The position numbers and the translations under genes are program-made. 64,000 bases of DNA from an uncultured Gemmatimonadales bacterium (GTDB lineage: Bacteria > Gemmatimonadota > Gemmatimonadetes > Gemmatimonadales > Gemmatimonadaceae), in contig CAVPQB010000004.1 of NCBI GenBank assembly GCA_963707505.1, positions 832,001-896,000 of the forward strand, written 5' to 3'. How positions within the stretch are numbered: the stretch's first letter is position 1; each line of letters begins with the position of its first letter. Below are positions 31,521-42,475 of this stretch, piece by piece. Under the pieces are notes generated by a model. It searched no databases and was not told the DNA's origin. It saw nothing but the letters and a program-made list of their open reading frames with translations.

Positions 31521-32735
31521 GCGCGCTCCAGAATCATCGCTATGCCCTGACCGACGCCGATGCACATCGTTGCCAGTCCATGCTGCACGTCACGCCGTTG
31601 CATCTCGTGGATGAGCGTGGTTACGATTCGCGCTCCGCTTGCGCCGAGTGGATGACCGAGGGCGATGGCGCCGCCGTTCACGTTGACGCGATCGGCAGGC
31701 ATGTGCAGCTCTCGCATGCACGCTAGCGCCTGTGATGCGAATGCTTCGTTCAGCTCTATGAGATCCATATCGTCGATCGTAAGTCCTGCGCGTTTGAGCG
31801 CGAGTCGCACCGCAGGGACAGGCCCGATGCCCATCACGTCCGGCGCAACACCGGCGACTGCGCTCGCGACGACTCGCACGACGGGTCTGTAATTTCTTGC
31901 CGCAGCGGCGCGTTCACTCATTACCAGCAGCGCTGCCGCCCCATCGTTGATGCCGCTCGACGATCCCGCGGTGACCGTGCCGCCGGACTCGCGGAACGCG
32001 GGACGGAGCTTGCGCAATGCCTCCGCGCTGACGTCGGGTCGCGGATGCTCGTCGCGATCGACGACGACGGGCTGCGCTCCGTGGCGCGGCGCCGTGACCG
32101 GAACCAGCTCGGCGTCGAACCGTCCGTGCGCGATGGCATCCGCGGTACGTCTCTGGCTCTCCAGCGCGAATGCATCCTGGTCATCGCGCGAGATCTGATA
32201 CCGCTCCGCGACGACTTCGGCGGTCTGGCCCATCGATATCGTCCACTCGTGGGGAAGTGCTGCATTGGTGAAGCGCCAGCCGATAGTGCTATCCGCCGTT
32301 TCGGGAACGGAGCGGGCGAACGGCTCATCCGGCCGAAGTGTGACCCACGGCGCTCGTGTCATGCTCTCCACCCCGCCGGCGATGAAGCAGTCGCCCTCAT
32401 CCGAACGTATTGCGTGCGCGGCGCTGACGATCGCCTGGAGGCCGGAGCCGCAGAGTCGATTCACCGTCTGGCCCGGGACCTCGACTGGAAGTCCCGCAAT
32501 CAGCGCAGCGAGACGGCCGATATTGCGACTGTCTTCACCAGCCTGATTGGTGCACCCGAAGATCACGTCGTCGATGGATGACGCGATCCAGGTTGGTGCG
32601 CTCCACCAGCGCGCGGATCACCGTAGCGGCCAGGTCGTCCGGGCGAACGGTCGCAAGCGCGCCACGGTGTCTCCCGATGGGAGTGCGAACGGCGTCCACG
32701 ATCACCGCGTCGCGCCCATCTCCTGTGGTGCTCAT
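31517..32735 (-). CDS. Acetyl-CoA C-acyltransferase (PaaJ/PcaF-like thiolase); frameshift near 32580
   Basis: [14 protein letters not shown]; next frame [36 protein letters not shown]. Confidence 0.9.
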
Positions 32736-33136
32736 TCGGGCACAACCGCAGTAGCTTCGATTTCGACGAGTGCATCGGCTTCGACGAGGCCACAGACAAT
32801 TATGACGGACATGGCGGGGAAGTACCGCCCGATTATCTCGCGATACGCATCACCGATGGCGACGCGTGCATCGACATATTCCTGGCGATCGGTGACGAAC
32901 CAGGTCATGCGAACGAGGTGTTCAGGTCGCGCGTCGGCGCGTGCCAGTACGGCGACGATGTTTCGGAGTGCCTGTGCCGTCTGCGTTGCGAAATCGGAAC
33001 TCTCGAACACGCCGGTCGCCGGATTCCAGCCGATCTGGCCCGCTATCGAAATGACACGACCACGCGCGCTGATGCCATTTGCATATCCCCGCGGCGCAAG
33101 CCAACCGTCGGGCTGAATCACATTGGTATCGCTCAT
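32732..33136 (-). CDS. RidA/YjgF family protein
   Basis: [27 protein letters not shown]. Confidence 0.9.
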   Translation of the reverse strand: MSDTNVIQPDGWLAPRGYANGISARGRVISIAGQIGWNPATGVFESSDFATQTAQALRNIVAVLARADARPEHLVRMTWFVTDRQEYVDARVAIGDAYREIIGRYFPAMSVIIVCGLVEADALVEIEATAVVPE

Positions 33137-34773
33137 TTTGTTGTTTCCCTCAAACGAAACCGTTGCAGCTTTCCCGTATCGGTGCGGGGGAGGGTATCGA
33201 CGAACTCGATCGCGCGTGGATATTTGTACGGCGCGATCTCGCCCTTGACGTAGTCCTGGAGGGCCTTGATCGCAGGTGGGTTGTCGCGCGCGTGCGGGTG
33301 CAGTACGACGAATGCCTTGACGATGCTGCCGCGCTCGGCGTCAGGAAGCCCAATGACGGCGCACTCGTGTACGTCGGGGTGCGTCAGCAGTGCATTCTCC
33401 ACTTCTGGCGCCGCAATGTTATAGCCGGACGAGACGATCATGTCGTCGCTGCGCGCCTGATACCAGAAATAGCCTTCCTCGTCCATGCGGTAGGAATCGC
33501 CGGTAAGGTTCCAGCCGTCGCGCACGTAAGCCCGCTGGCGTTCCGTGTCGTCGAGATATCGACAGCCCGTCGGGCCACGAACCTCGAGAAGGCCGATCTG
33601 GCCCGTTGGAACCGGTGTACCGGATTCATCGACGATGCGCGCCTCATAACCTGGTATCGCGCGCCCTGTGGAGCCTGCGCGGATGTCATCTCCGCAAGCG
33701 CTGATGAAGATGTGCAGCATCTCCGTCGCGCCGATCCCGTCGATGATCCGGACTCCAGTCGCAGCTTCCCACGCGTCGAAAGTTGCCGCGGGCAGGGTTT
33801 CGCCCGCAGACACGCATTTGCGAAGGCTCGATACGTCGAAGTCGTGCAACATTCCGAGCATCGCGCGGTACGCGGTGGGCGCGGTGAAGCAAACTGTCGG
33901 GCGGTGCTCCTGAATCGCCCGGATGAGATTGGGCGGGGATGCCTGCTCCAGCATCAACGTCGATGCTCCGAACCGCATTGGGAAGAGAAGCAGTCCGCCC
34001 AGCGCATACGTGAACGCCAGCGGCGGAGAGCCGCAGAACACGTCGGAGGCATCCGGTTTGAGAATGTGGCGCGCGAAGCAATCGGTAATCGCAAGCACGT
34101 CACGATGCGTGTGCATCGTTCCCTTGGCGCGGCCCGTCGTTCCCGACGTGAATGCGATGAGTGCGACGTCTTCAGCGCTCGTATCGCAATTATCGAAGGT
34201 CGTCGGTTTCGACCGCATCAACGATTCGAGGCAGTTGCGATTGTCGCTGTTGAAGTGAACCACCCGCGCACCTTTACGAGCGTCGCCAAACGCATCGGTG
34301 AGCATCGCACGCTCACAGTCATCCGCGACCCTTGCGTCGGTGAGTGCAAGCGAGATGCGCGCTCTGTCGGCCGTGTATGCGATCTCACGCGGGCGCAGCA
34401 GCGGCATGGTCGAGACGACCACGCCTCCCGCCTTGAGCACCGCGAACCAGCAGGCCGCCAGCATCGGTGTATTCGGAGCGCGAAGCAGGACTCGGTTCCC
34501 CGGGACGACGCCGAGATCCTCGACCAGCACGTGCGCGATCTGATTGGCAATCTCGAAAAGGTCGCGGTACGTCCAGCGCGAGCCTTCGTACAGAAATACG
34601 GTCGCGTCTCCGCGACCCGATTTGATCGCACTGTCCAGTAGATCCGCGGCACAATTCAGTCGCGCGGGATACGCGAGATCGGGAAGCGAGCCGTAGTCCA
34701 TGTCCGGCCACAGCTCGCGTGGTGGAAGATTGTCGGCGCAGAACGTGTCGACATGTCCGCTGCGCTCACTCAT
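33133..34773 (-). CDS. abmG: 2-aminobenzoate-CoA ligase
   Basis: [45 protein letters not shown]; cluster context. Confidence 0.85.
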   Translation of the reverse strand: MSERSGHVDTFCADNLPPRELWPDMDYGSLPDLAYPARLNCAADLLDSAIKSGRGDATVFLYEGSRWTYRDLFEIANQIAHVLVEDLGVVPGNRVLLRAPNTPMLAACWFAVLKAGGVVVSTMPLLRPREIAYTADRARISLALTDARVADDCERAMLTDAFGDARKGARVVHFNSDNRNCLESLMRSKPTTFDNCDTSAEDVALIAFTSGTTGRAKGTMHTHRDVLAITDCFARHILKPDASDVFCGSPPLAFTYALGGLLLFPMRFGASTLMLEQASPPNLIRAIQEHRPTVCFTAPTAYRAMLGMLHDFDVSSLRKCVSAGETLPAATFDAWEAATGVRIIDGIGATEMLHIFISACGDDIRAGSTGRAIPGYEARIVDESGTPVPTGQIGLLEVRGPTGCRYLDDTERQRAYVRDGWNLTGDSYRMDEEGYFWYQARSDDMIVSSGYNIAAPEVENALLTHPDVHECAVIGLPDAERGSIVKAFVVLHPHARDNPPAIKALQDYVKGEIAPYKYPRAIEFVDTLPRTDTGKLQRFRLRETTK

Positions 34774-35981
34774 GTCTCCCCCTGCGTCGATGTGGCCCTG
34801 GAAGTCGCGGAGTACGGCGCGAGTAGCTGGCTTGCGATCACGAGCTGCTGAATCTCGCTCGTGCCCTCATATATCCGGAGCGCGCGTACTTCGCGATACA
34901 GCCGTTCGACCGTCGCGCCCGCAACAACGCCGCGGCCGCCGAGCAACTGGACAGCGCTGTCCACAGTGCGTTGTGCGGCCTCTGTCGCGAACCACTTGGC
35001 CATCGCCGCTTCCCGTGTCACGCGTTGCGTGCGGCAGTCGTGCGCCCAGGCCGCCCGATAGACCAGAAGTGCGCTCGCATCGATGTCTGTCGCCATTGTG
35101 GCGATCCTCGCCTGCGTCAGTTGCATGTCTGCGAGGCGGGCGCCGAACACCTTGCGATCAGTCACATGGCTCAGAGCTTCGTCCAGTGCTCGTCGCGCGA
35201 AGCCTAGCGCCGCGGCGCCAACGGTCGCACGAAATACGTCGAGCGTTCCAAGTGCGACACTCATGCCCTTGCCTGGAACGCCGACCACAGCGGTCGCCGG
35301 AACTCTGCAACCGGTGAACGATATTGTGCCGATCGAATGCGGAGCTGTGATGTCAGCGCGTGCGGTGACGGTCAGACCGGCTGTCGATGCGTCGACGGCA
35401 AGGGCGACATGTCTGCCGTTCTCCGGCTCCTGAAGGCGACAGAATACGATGTAAAAGTCTGCGATCCCGGCGTTGGAGATCCAGCTCTTCTCGCCATCGA
35501 TAACATACGAGTCCCCTTCGCGCCGTGCCGACGTGCGCATCGAGCCCACGTCCGAGCCGGCATCGGCTTCTGATATCGCGAATGCGGCGATCGCCTCACC
35601 AGCCGCGATGCGGGGCAGGTAGCGTCGTTTGAGCGCGTCCGATCCGAATAGCGTGATCGGTCCGGCGCCCAACCCCTGCAGCGCGAAGACGAAGTCGGCT
35701 ATCCCCGAATATGAGGCGAGGGTCTCGCGGATTATACAGAGACTTCGGACGTCGAGCGTTGCCGAAACGCCGCCGTACGGGGAAGTGACCGCGCGGCGCA
35801 ACCATCCCGCGCTCCCGAGCTCGCGTACGAGAGTGATGCAAACGCGATCGAGCTCGGCGCCGCGCGGCTCATCCTTCTCCATCGGCGCGATCTCGCGCTC
35901 CGCCCATACTCTGGCCTCGGCGGCGAGCGTGCGATGGTGTTCCTCGAAGAATGGCCAGTCCAGATATGACGTGTCTGTCAT
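34770..35981 (-). CDS. Acyl-CoA dehydrogenase
   Basis: [38 protein letters not shown]. Confidence 0.92.
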   Translation of the reverse strand: MTDTSYLDWPFFEEHHRTLAAEARVWAEREIAPMEKDEPRGAELDRVCITLVRELGSAGWLRRAVTSPYGGVSATLDVRSLCIIRETLASYSGIADFVFALQGLGAGPITLFGSDALKRRYLPRIAAGEAIAAFAISEADAGSDVGSMRTSARREGDSYVIDGEKSWISNAGIADFYIVFCRLQEPENGRHVALAVDASTAGLTVTARADITAPHSIGTISFTGCRVPATAVVGVPGKGMSVALGTLDVFRATVGAAALGFARRALDEALSHVTDRKVFGARLADMQLTQARIATMATDIDASALLVYRAAWAHDCRTQRVTREAAMAKWFATEAAQRTVDSAVQLLGGRGVVAGATVERLYREVRALRIYEGTSEIQQLVIASQLLAPYSATSRATSTQGET

Positions 35982-36814
35982 CAATCGCCCTCGAATACCG
36001 GAGTCTGCTTCGCGGCGAACGCACGATACGCGCGTGCAAAGTCCTCGCTTTGCATGCACAGTGCCTGTGCTTCCGCTTCGAGCGTGAGTGCGTCATCGAT
36101 TGCCATCGCCCACTCGTGATGCAGGCACCGCTTGGTCAGTGCGTGCGCAAAGGTCGGCCCGTGCGCGAGTGAGCGCGCCATCGCCTGAGCTTCCAGCAGT
36201 ACAGCATCGGCTTCGATCACACGATTGTAGAAACCCCATCGCTCGGCTTCATCGGCGCTCATGAATCGTCCGGTATACAGCAGTTCCGTAGCGCGGCCGT
36301 GACCGATGATGCGCGGAAGTATCGCACATGCGCCCATGTCCGCACCGCTCAACCCGACGCGCACGAACAGAAAGGCGACTCTGCTTTCCGGCGTCCCGTA
36401 CCGCAGATCGCTCGCCATCGCGAGAATTGCACCGGCACCGGCGCACACGCCATCGATGGCTGCAACAACAGGTTGTGGACAGTCGCGCATCGCGCTGACG
36501 AGTGAGCCCGTCATGCGGGTGAAGCTGAGAAGTCCATCGAGATCGCCGTCTTCACGCAGTTCCACGAGCGGTCCAATGATTTCATGGACGTCGCCGCCAG
36601 ACGAGAAGTTGCCCCCCGCCCCCGTCAACACCACGGCCTTCACGTCGTCCATCTTCTGCAGTGCGCGAAAGGTCGCGATCAGCTCGCGATATGATTCGAA
36701 CGTGAGCGGATTCTTCCGCTCCGGCCGGTCGAGCGTGATGGTCGCCACGCGATCCTCGACGCTCCATCCAAAATGCCGCGCCTTGAACTCGGCGCCATGC
36801 ATGTCGTCGGTCAT
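35981..36814 (-). CDS. Enoyl-CoA hydratase/isomerase
   Basis: [27 protein letters not shown]. Confidence 0.92.
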   Translation of the reverse strand: MTDDMHGAEFKARHFGWSVEDRVATITLDRPERKNPLTFESYRELIATFRALQKMDDVKAVVLTGAGGNFSSGGDVHEIIGPLVELREDGDLDGLLSFTRMTGSLVSAMRDCPQPVVAAIDGVCAGAGAILAMASDLRYGTPESRVAFLFVRVGLSGADMGACAILPRIIGHGRATELLYTGRFMSADEAERWGFYNRVIEADAVLLEAQAMARSLAHGPTFAHALTKRCLHHEWAMAIDDALTLEAEAQALCMQSEDFARAYRAFAAKQTPVFEGD

Positions 36815-37326
36815 TGCGCCTGTCCCGCCGCGGTCTGTGCAGACCGCTTGAGTTTGCCAAGCAGCGTATACAACTGCCGCCGCTCGGCGTCGGTCAGTCC
36901 GGCGAACATTTCACCGACCCACATGGCGTGATCCGGCGTCATCGCGCCGAGTGCTTCCTTGCCCGCGGCCGTGAGTGAGATCATCTGCGTGCGCCGGTCC
37001 GGCGGCGAGACTGCGCGCGCGACCAATCCTTCGCGTGCCAGGCGATCGACAAGGCCCGTGAGATTGCCATTCGTGACCATCAAGCGGCGCGACAGCTCGC
37101 TCATCGTGAGACCGCGTGGCGCTTCGGCGGAGGCGGCGTCCAGTTGCGCAAGTAGATCGAAGCGCGGGAGTGTGGTGTCAAATTTCTCGCGCAGCTCACC
37201 ACGAATGTGTCCCTCGATGATGTTGCTGCACGCCAGCAGGCGAAGCCACGTGCGAAGGATCGCACGAGTTGCAGAGCCGCGCTGCGCTTCAGCGTGCGAT
37301 GGTTCGGCGCGAAGTGACGCAGTCAC
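36811..37326 (-). CDS. MarR family regulator of the abm cluster
   Basis: [42 protein letters not shown]. Confidence 0.9.
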   Translation of the reverse strand: MTASLRAEPSHAEAQRGSATRAILRTWLRLLACSNIIEGHIRGELREKFDTTLPRFDLLAQLDAASAEAPRGLTMSELSRRLMVTNGNLTGLVDRLAREGLVARAVSPPDRRTQMISLTAAGKEALGAMTPDHAMWVGEMFAGLTDAERRQLYTLLGKLKRSAQTAAGQAQ

Positions 37327-38129
37327 ATTACCTCCCCGCCGGCGACAGCTATCGCCTGACCCGTGATCGCGGATGCGTCCGGCGAACAGAGCCACGCGAC
37401 AGTAGCGGCAACTTCATTCTGAGTCGTAAGGCGTTTCTGCGGATTGCGGCGGGTGAGCATCGCGAGAGCTTCATCGGCACTCACGCCGCGCAGCGCCATT
37501 ATTGCGCCGACAGCCTGATCGGACATTCCGCCCTCCGTGTATCCGGGGCACACCGCATTGACGGTGATGCCGGACTGTGCCACCTCGGCAGCAAGTGAGC
37601 GCGTCATTCCGAGCAAGCCGTGCTTCGATGCGCAGTATGCGGCAAGCGTTGCGTAGCCGCGGAGCGCCGCCGTGGAAGCGATGTTGACGATTCGTCCGGC
37701 CTGGTTGTGTAGCATTGATGGGAGCACCTGCTGCGCGCACATGAACGGGCCGGTGAGATTCACGGCGATGGTGTGCTCCCAGAGGTCAAGCGACGTCTCC
37801 GTGAACGATGCGCTTCGCGCCTGGCCGGCATTGTTCACGAGTATGTGCGCGGCGCCGAGCGTGTCCGTCGCCGACGAGAAGGCCACCGAGACTGAATCGG
37901 GGTCGCTCACGTCGCAAACGATTCCGCGCGCTTCGATCCCATATTGGTTGCGCAGCTCCGCGGCGCACTCGTCGAGATCCGCGTGGTCGCGACCCATGAC
38001 CGTCAGGTCAGCTCCGGCTCGTGCGAGATGCGTCGCGATGGTTCTGCCCAGTCCGCGCCCGCCACCAGTAACGACTGCGTGCCTGCCGCGCAGAAAGTCG
38101 ACAGTGGAATCGTCGTTGCGTTCGGTCAT
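37323..38129 (-). CDS. SDR oxidoreductase (3-hydroxyacyl-CoA dehydrogenase-like, abm cluster)
   Basis: VTGGGRGLG, LVNNAG, YCASKHG, NAVCPGY. Confidence 0.92.
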   Translation of the reverse strand: MTERNDDSTVDFLRGRHAVVTGGGRGLGRTIATHLARAGADLTVMGRDHADLDECAAELRNQYGIEARGIVCDVSDPDSVSVAFSSATDTLGAAHILVNNAGQARSASFTETSLDLWEHTIAVNLTGPFMCAQQVLPSMLHNQAGRIVNIASTAALRGYATLAAYCASKHGLLGMTRSLAAEVAQSGITVNAVCPGYTEGGMSDQAVGAIMALRGVSADEALAMLTRRNPQKRLTTQNEVAATVAWLCSPDASAITGQAIAVAGGEVM

Positions 38130-40439
38130 CCTACGCTCCGTTGTTTTTCCAGTTCACGCTCGAGCTGACGGCGTCCGGGATAGTACGACGGCGTCCAGCT
38201 CTGACGCGCATATCCAAGCTCCGCTGCGGCACGGAGGGTCCAGTTCGGATCGGTGAGATGCGGGCGACCGAGTGCGCATATGTCCGCTCGGCCCGATGTA
38301 ATGATCGCGTTGACCTGATCTGCGTTGAGAATGTTGCCGACGGCAATGGTCCGTACTCCCGCTTCGTTACGGATGCGGTCGCTGTACGGAGTCTGGTACA
38401 TGCGCCCATAGACAGGTTGCGCGTCGATCGACGTCTCTCCGGTCGATACGTGGATAATGTCCGCACCTGCGCCGACGAATGCGCGAGCGATCTCCACCGA
38501 CTCCCGGCCGTCCACTCCGCCTTCAACCCAGTCGGTCGCCGAGATCCGGACCGACATCGGGCGATCGGCGGGCCACGCCTCGCGCATCGCGGCGAACACT
38601 TCGAGAGGAAAGCGCATCCGGTTCTCCAGCGACCCGCCATAACAGTCGCCGCGATGGTTGCTGAGCGGCGTGATGAAGCTCGACAGCAGGTATCCGTGCG
38701 CGCAGTGCAGCTCGATCATGTCGAAGCCCGCATCGATGCCGTAGCGCACGGCGCGAACGAAGTCGTCGCGTACTTCATCCATGTCGGCGCGAGTCATCTC
38801 GCGCGGCGTGTGCATGGTCGGCGTATACGGAATCGGCGATGGTGCGATCGTTTCCCATCCATCGTCGTCCAGCGAAGCGTTGCTCGCTTCCCACGGAAGT
38901 TTCGTCGATCCTCGGCGACCCGAGTGGCCGAGCTGGAGACAGATCTTCGCGTCGCTCTCCGGTGCACGAAATCGACGATGCGCCTCCACGCCGATGCGTG
39001 CTCGTCGTGTACATGCCAGCGCAGCCGAGCGTGATGCGTCGCTTCGGGCGAGACGCACACCATCTCGGTGAAGATCAGACCCGCGCCGCCCAGTGCGCGT
39101 GCGCCGAGGTGCACGAGTGGAATTCGTTCGGCGTGCCGTCGACGGAGCGGTACATGTCCATCGGCGCGACAACGATGCGGTTGACCAGCGTCATGCCGCG
39201 CAACGCGAACGGCGTGAACATCGGCGGCGCGACGTCGGTATCCGTTGTCGCTGGCCGCGACGCGGCGCAGTCGCTCTCGCGGCGAACCATCGCTCCACAC
39301 CGGCGAGGTATGCCGCGTCGCGAACGCGAAGGTTTTCGTGACTCACGCGCTGGCTGCGCGTGAGCAGGCTGTACGCGAACTGTTCGGGCGGAAGATGGAT
39401 GTAGCGTTGCACGTTCTCGAACCATTCCATCGAGTTGCGCGATGCGTTCTGCAGACGAAGCGATTCTATCATGCGCTCGTCCTGATATGTCTGGAGCGCG
39501 GTCGGAAGCGACGAGCGACTCGAGGATCGCGCGTGCGAGCGATATCGCGTCTTCCATCGCCAGCTTGGTGCCCGAGCCGATCGAGAAGTGCGCCGTGTGC
39601 GCGGCGTCGCCGACGAGGACGACGTTGTCGTCGAACCAGCGCTCGTTGCGTGACGCGCACGAAGCTGGTCCACGGTGAGCGCGCGCGATGCGTCGCGTTG
39701 CTCATGAGATGGTGACCGTCCAGCCACTGGCCGAACATCCGCTCGCAGATCGCGATCGTTTCGGCGGCGTCGGCGGTGTCGAACCCGGCGCGTCGCCACG
39801 AGTCTTCGTCGCATTCGACGATGAAGGTCGAAAGTCCGTCTTCGAATCGATAGCAGTGCGCCTGGAACACGCCGAGTTCGTTCTCGACGAAGAAGAATGT
39901 GAACGCGTCGAACGGACGCGTGGTGCCGAACCAGACGAAGTGTGCCGGGCGCACATCGAGATGCGGCTTGAAGACCGTCTGCGCGTTCGCTGGCGGATCG
40001 CGCTGTTGACGCCGTCGGCCGCGACGATGAGGTCGGCGTCGCGGCAGCCCTCGAACGAGTCGAGAGCGCCGATACTTGCGACATTGCAATTGAAGCGAAC
40101 GTCGACGCCGAGCGACACGGCTCGCCGATACAGAATGTCGAGGAGAGTGCGGCGCGCGATTCCGCTGAAGCCGTGTCCGCCCGAGGTGATGGTAGTGTCG
40201 CCGATGACGACGTCGATGTCGTCCCAGTGCGCGAAGTGCTCGACGATCCTGGCTGTACGTTTCCTCGTCGGCGTCGCGGAAGTTTTCGAGCGTCTGGTCG
40301 GAGAAGACGACGCCCCATCCGAAGGTGTCGCCGGGCGCGTTGCGTTCGAGTACCGTGACGTCGTGCTCGGGCGCGCCTTCTTGAGGAGGAGGGCGAAGTA
40401 GAGACCGGCGGGACCACCACCGATGATGACGACGCGCAC
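38126..40439 (-). CDS. abmA: 2-aminobenzoyl-CoA monooxygenase/reductase (bifunctional salicylyl-CoA 5-hydroxylase/oxidoreductase family); many frameshifts
   Basis: [48 protein letters not shown]; then OYE domain [39 protein letters not shown]. Confidence 0.88.
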
Positions 40440-40503
40440 TTATAGGCTCATGGAAGGCCGGGTGGCAGAGCGGGTACAGCGGGCACAGCTGGTGCGGAGA
40501 TAT

Positions 40504-40515
40504 TATAAGCCTAAA
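40504..40515. promoter_or_regulatory. Possible MarR operator upstream of abmA
   Basis: AT-rich imperfect palindrome tataagcctaaa; related tataggctcatg at 40441-52. Confidence 0.35.
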
Positions 40516-40609
40516 ACATCGACTTGGTACGGGTTGATTTCCTGGCCGGTAACTGGCGATATTGCAAGGCTCCGGGCGAACCGGGGAAAGAGGTCGAAAC
40601 AGATGTCGC

Positions 40610-40682
40610 GGCGCTATCGTCTAGGGGACCAGGACGGGGCCCTCTCAAGGCCCAAACACGGGTTCGAATCCCGTTAGCGCTA
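40610..40682 (+). tRNA. tRNA-Glu(CTC)
   Basis: gggcc-ctCTCaa-ggccc; ggttcgaatccc. Confidence 0.93.
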
Positions 40683-40705
40683 TTTTGCCATGGACGGACC
40701 GTCGC

Positions 40706-40777
40706 GGCCCCATCGTCTATCGGTTAGGACGGCACCCTTTCACGGTGCAGAGAGGGGTTCGATTCCCCTTGGGGCTA
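40706..40777 (+). tRNA. tRNA-Glu(TTC)
   Basis: gcacc-ctTTCac-ggtgc; ggttcgattccc. Confidence 0.95.
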
Positions 40778-40859
40778 TAGGGTTGGACGCAGTTTGGTTA
40801 GGTTGTTGGGCCCGCGCGGTTGGCGGGGTGGGGCGCGGCAGTGTCCGCGCATTGTGTTT

Positions 40860-40934
40860 GGGGCCGTAGCTCAGTTTGGTTAGAGCACTCGACTGTCACT
40901 CGAGAGGTCGCGGGTTCGACCCCCGTCGGCCCCG
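40860..40934 (+). tRNA. tRNA-Asp(GTC)
   Basis: ctcga-ctGTCac-tcgag. Confidence 0.95.
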
Positions 40935-41016
40935 TATTTCATAGATCGACATTGTCGCAGTTTGGGCCGGTGTGACAGCCGGATATATTGATGCTGAATG
41001 TGCAGTTTGCATGGCC

Positions 41017-41098
<82 letters not shown>

Positions 41099-41176
41099 TG
41101 AAGGATTGGAGCAGGGCAGTTTTGAGGGCGGTATTGGTGGATCGGACGGCGCACTTGGGATCGTGTGCGCGATCAT

Positions 41177-41248
41177 GCCACAGTAGCTCAGTGGTAGAGC
41201 ACTCGATTCGTAATCGAGCGGTCATCGGTTCAATCCCGATCTGTGGCT
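41177..41248 (+). tRNA. tRNA-Thr(CGT)
   Basis: ctcga-ttCGTaa-tcgag. Confidence 0.95.
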
Positions 41249-41264
41249 CTTTTGAATGAGCATT

Positions 41265-41337
41265 GCGGGTGTAGCTCAGTTGGTAGAGCGCCAGCTTCCC
41301 AAGCTGGATGTCGTGGGTTCGAACCCCATCACCCGCT
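41265..41337 (+). tRNA. tRNA-Gly(CCC)
   Basis: ccagc-ttCCCaa-gctgg. Confidence 0.95.
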
Positions 41338-41367
41338 CTTGTGTAAACTGCTCCACGGCCGTGGATT

Positions 41368-41405
41368 CAAACGCCCGGGATTCCTAACCGAATCCCGGGC
41401 GTTTG
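41368..41405. terminator. Terminator hairpin after the tRNA array
   Basis: caaacgcccgggattc-ctaacc-gaatcccgggcgtttg. Confidence 0.75.
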
Positions 41406-41479
41406 TCGTAAATGCCAGAAGCTGCGGGGGCGCACCTCCGCCGTGGCGCAGCTCGTGATCTCGCCCTCCTCCGCGCGCC

Positions 41480-42169
41480 TTACATGGCCGCCCTGCGCCA
41501 ACGTCGACCCAGTCCGAACACTCCAACCAGTCCCGAACCAACAAGCCACAGCGCGCCTGGCTCCGGGGTCGTGGTTGCCGTGACGGCTGACCCGACATAA
41601 TCCAGTGCCATGTTCGCCGTCGAGACCGAGACGCCGTAATCGGGCACCCCGCTCGGGCCCATGATGCCGTTGCTCCAGATGTTGACCACCTGGCCATTTC
41701 CGACATTGAACAGCAACCCGTAGATGTCCAGGAACCCGCCGTGGGGCGGATAACCGCTGGCCGTCTGCGGCGATCCGCCAGGCCAGAACAGGTTGTCGTA
41801 GGTCGCGAACCCGTTGTTTTGCGGCGGCAGGCCGGATGCCACTGCGAAGCGGCTGAAATCGTTCGGCGCGAGCAGGTTCGTCGGCTCGGGCGTGGAGTGA
41901 GTGATCGCCACGAGCGATCCGACCGACGCGTTGTTGATATTGAGGCCATTGTTCGTATCGGAGAAGCTGCCGCTTATTCCGGTGACCTCGAATGCGCTCG
42001 GATACTTGGCATCCGTGGCCGCGCCGTACGTCAGCATCAGCGTTCCCGAGACGCCCGTGCCACTGAAGTAGAAACTGTAGCTTTGCGCGCGCGCGCTCCC
42101 AGGTACTGCGATCCCAACCGCCAACATCGTCACCGCCGCCGTGAGCAGGCGTGACCTTGTCCGTGTCAT
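41480..42169 (-). CDS. PEP-CTERM sorting-domain surface protein
   Basis: AGGAG RBS; signal peptide ARA|Q; C-terminus TPEPGALWLVGSGLVGVFGLGRRWRR. Confidence 0.88.
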   Translation of the reverse strand: MTRTRSRLLTAAVTMLAVGIAVPGSARAQSYSFYFSGTGVSGTLMLTYGAATDAKYPSAFEVTGISGSFSDTNNGLNINNASVGSLVAITHSTPEPTNLLAPNDFSRFAVASGLPPQNNGFATYDNLFWPGGSPQTASGYPPHGGFLDIYGLLFNVGNGQVVNIWSNGIMGPSGVPDYGVSVSTANMALDYVGSAVTATTTPEPGALWLVGSGLVGVFGLGRRWRRAAM

Positions 42170-42229
42170 GATTCGCTCCTGTGCTTCGGATAAGAGGGTG
42201 ATCTCCGTTGCCAACGGATGCGGAGGCGC

Positions 42230-42246
42230 TGCACAAGACATTCCAA
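42230..42246 (-). promoter_or_regulatory. Putative sigma54 promoter of the PEP-CTERM gene
   Basis: Minus strand ttGGaatgtcttgtGCa (GG-N10-GC), about 60 nt upstream of the start. Confidence 0.55.
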
Positions 42247-42475
42247 CAGCACCGGTTCCGCTGTAATGACCCGCACTGTTCCTGTCGCCGTGGCGCGTCT
42301 GTTGAGGCGCGTCTGTCTTGTTGTGCCAACCTGCCAGGCAAGCGTCAGCCGCAGCAGCCGCTCTATTGCGGCGGTGGTTCCGGCAGCCCATAATTGTGCG
42401 GTCACGGGACAGACCAACTTCCCGCCCACACAGGCCGAGTCGCGACCTCTTCACTCATGATGAGCGAGGTGCAGC

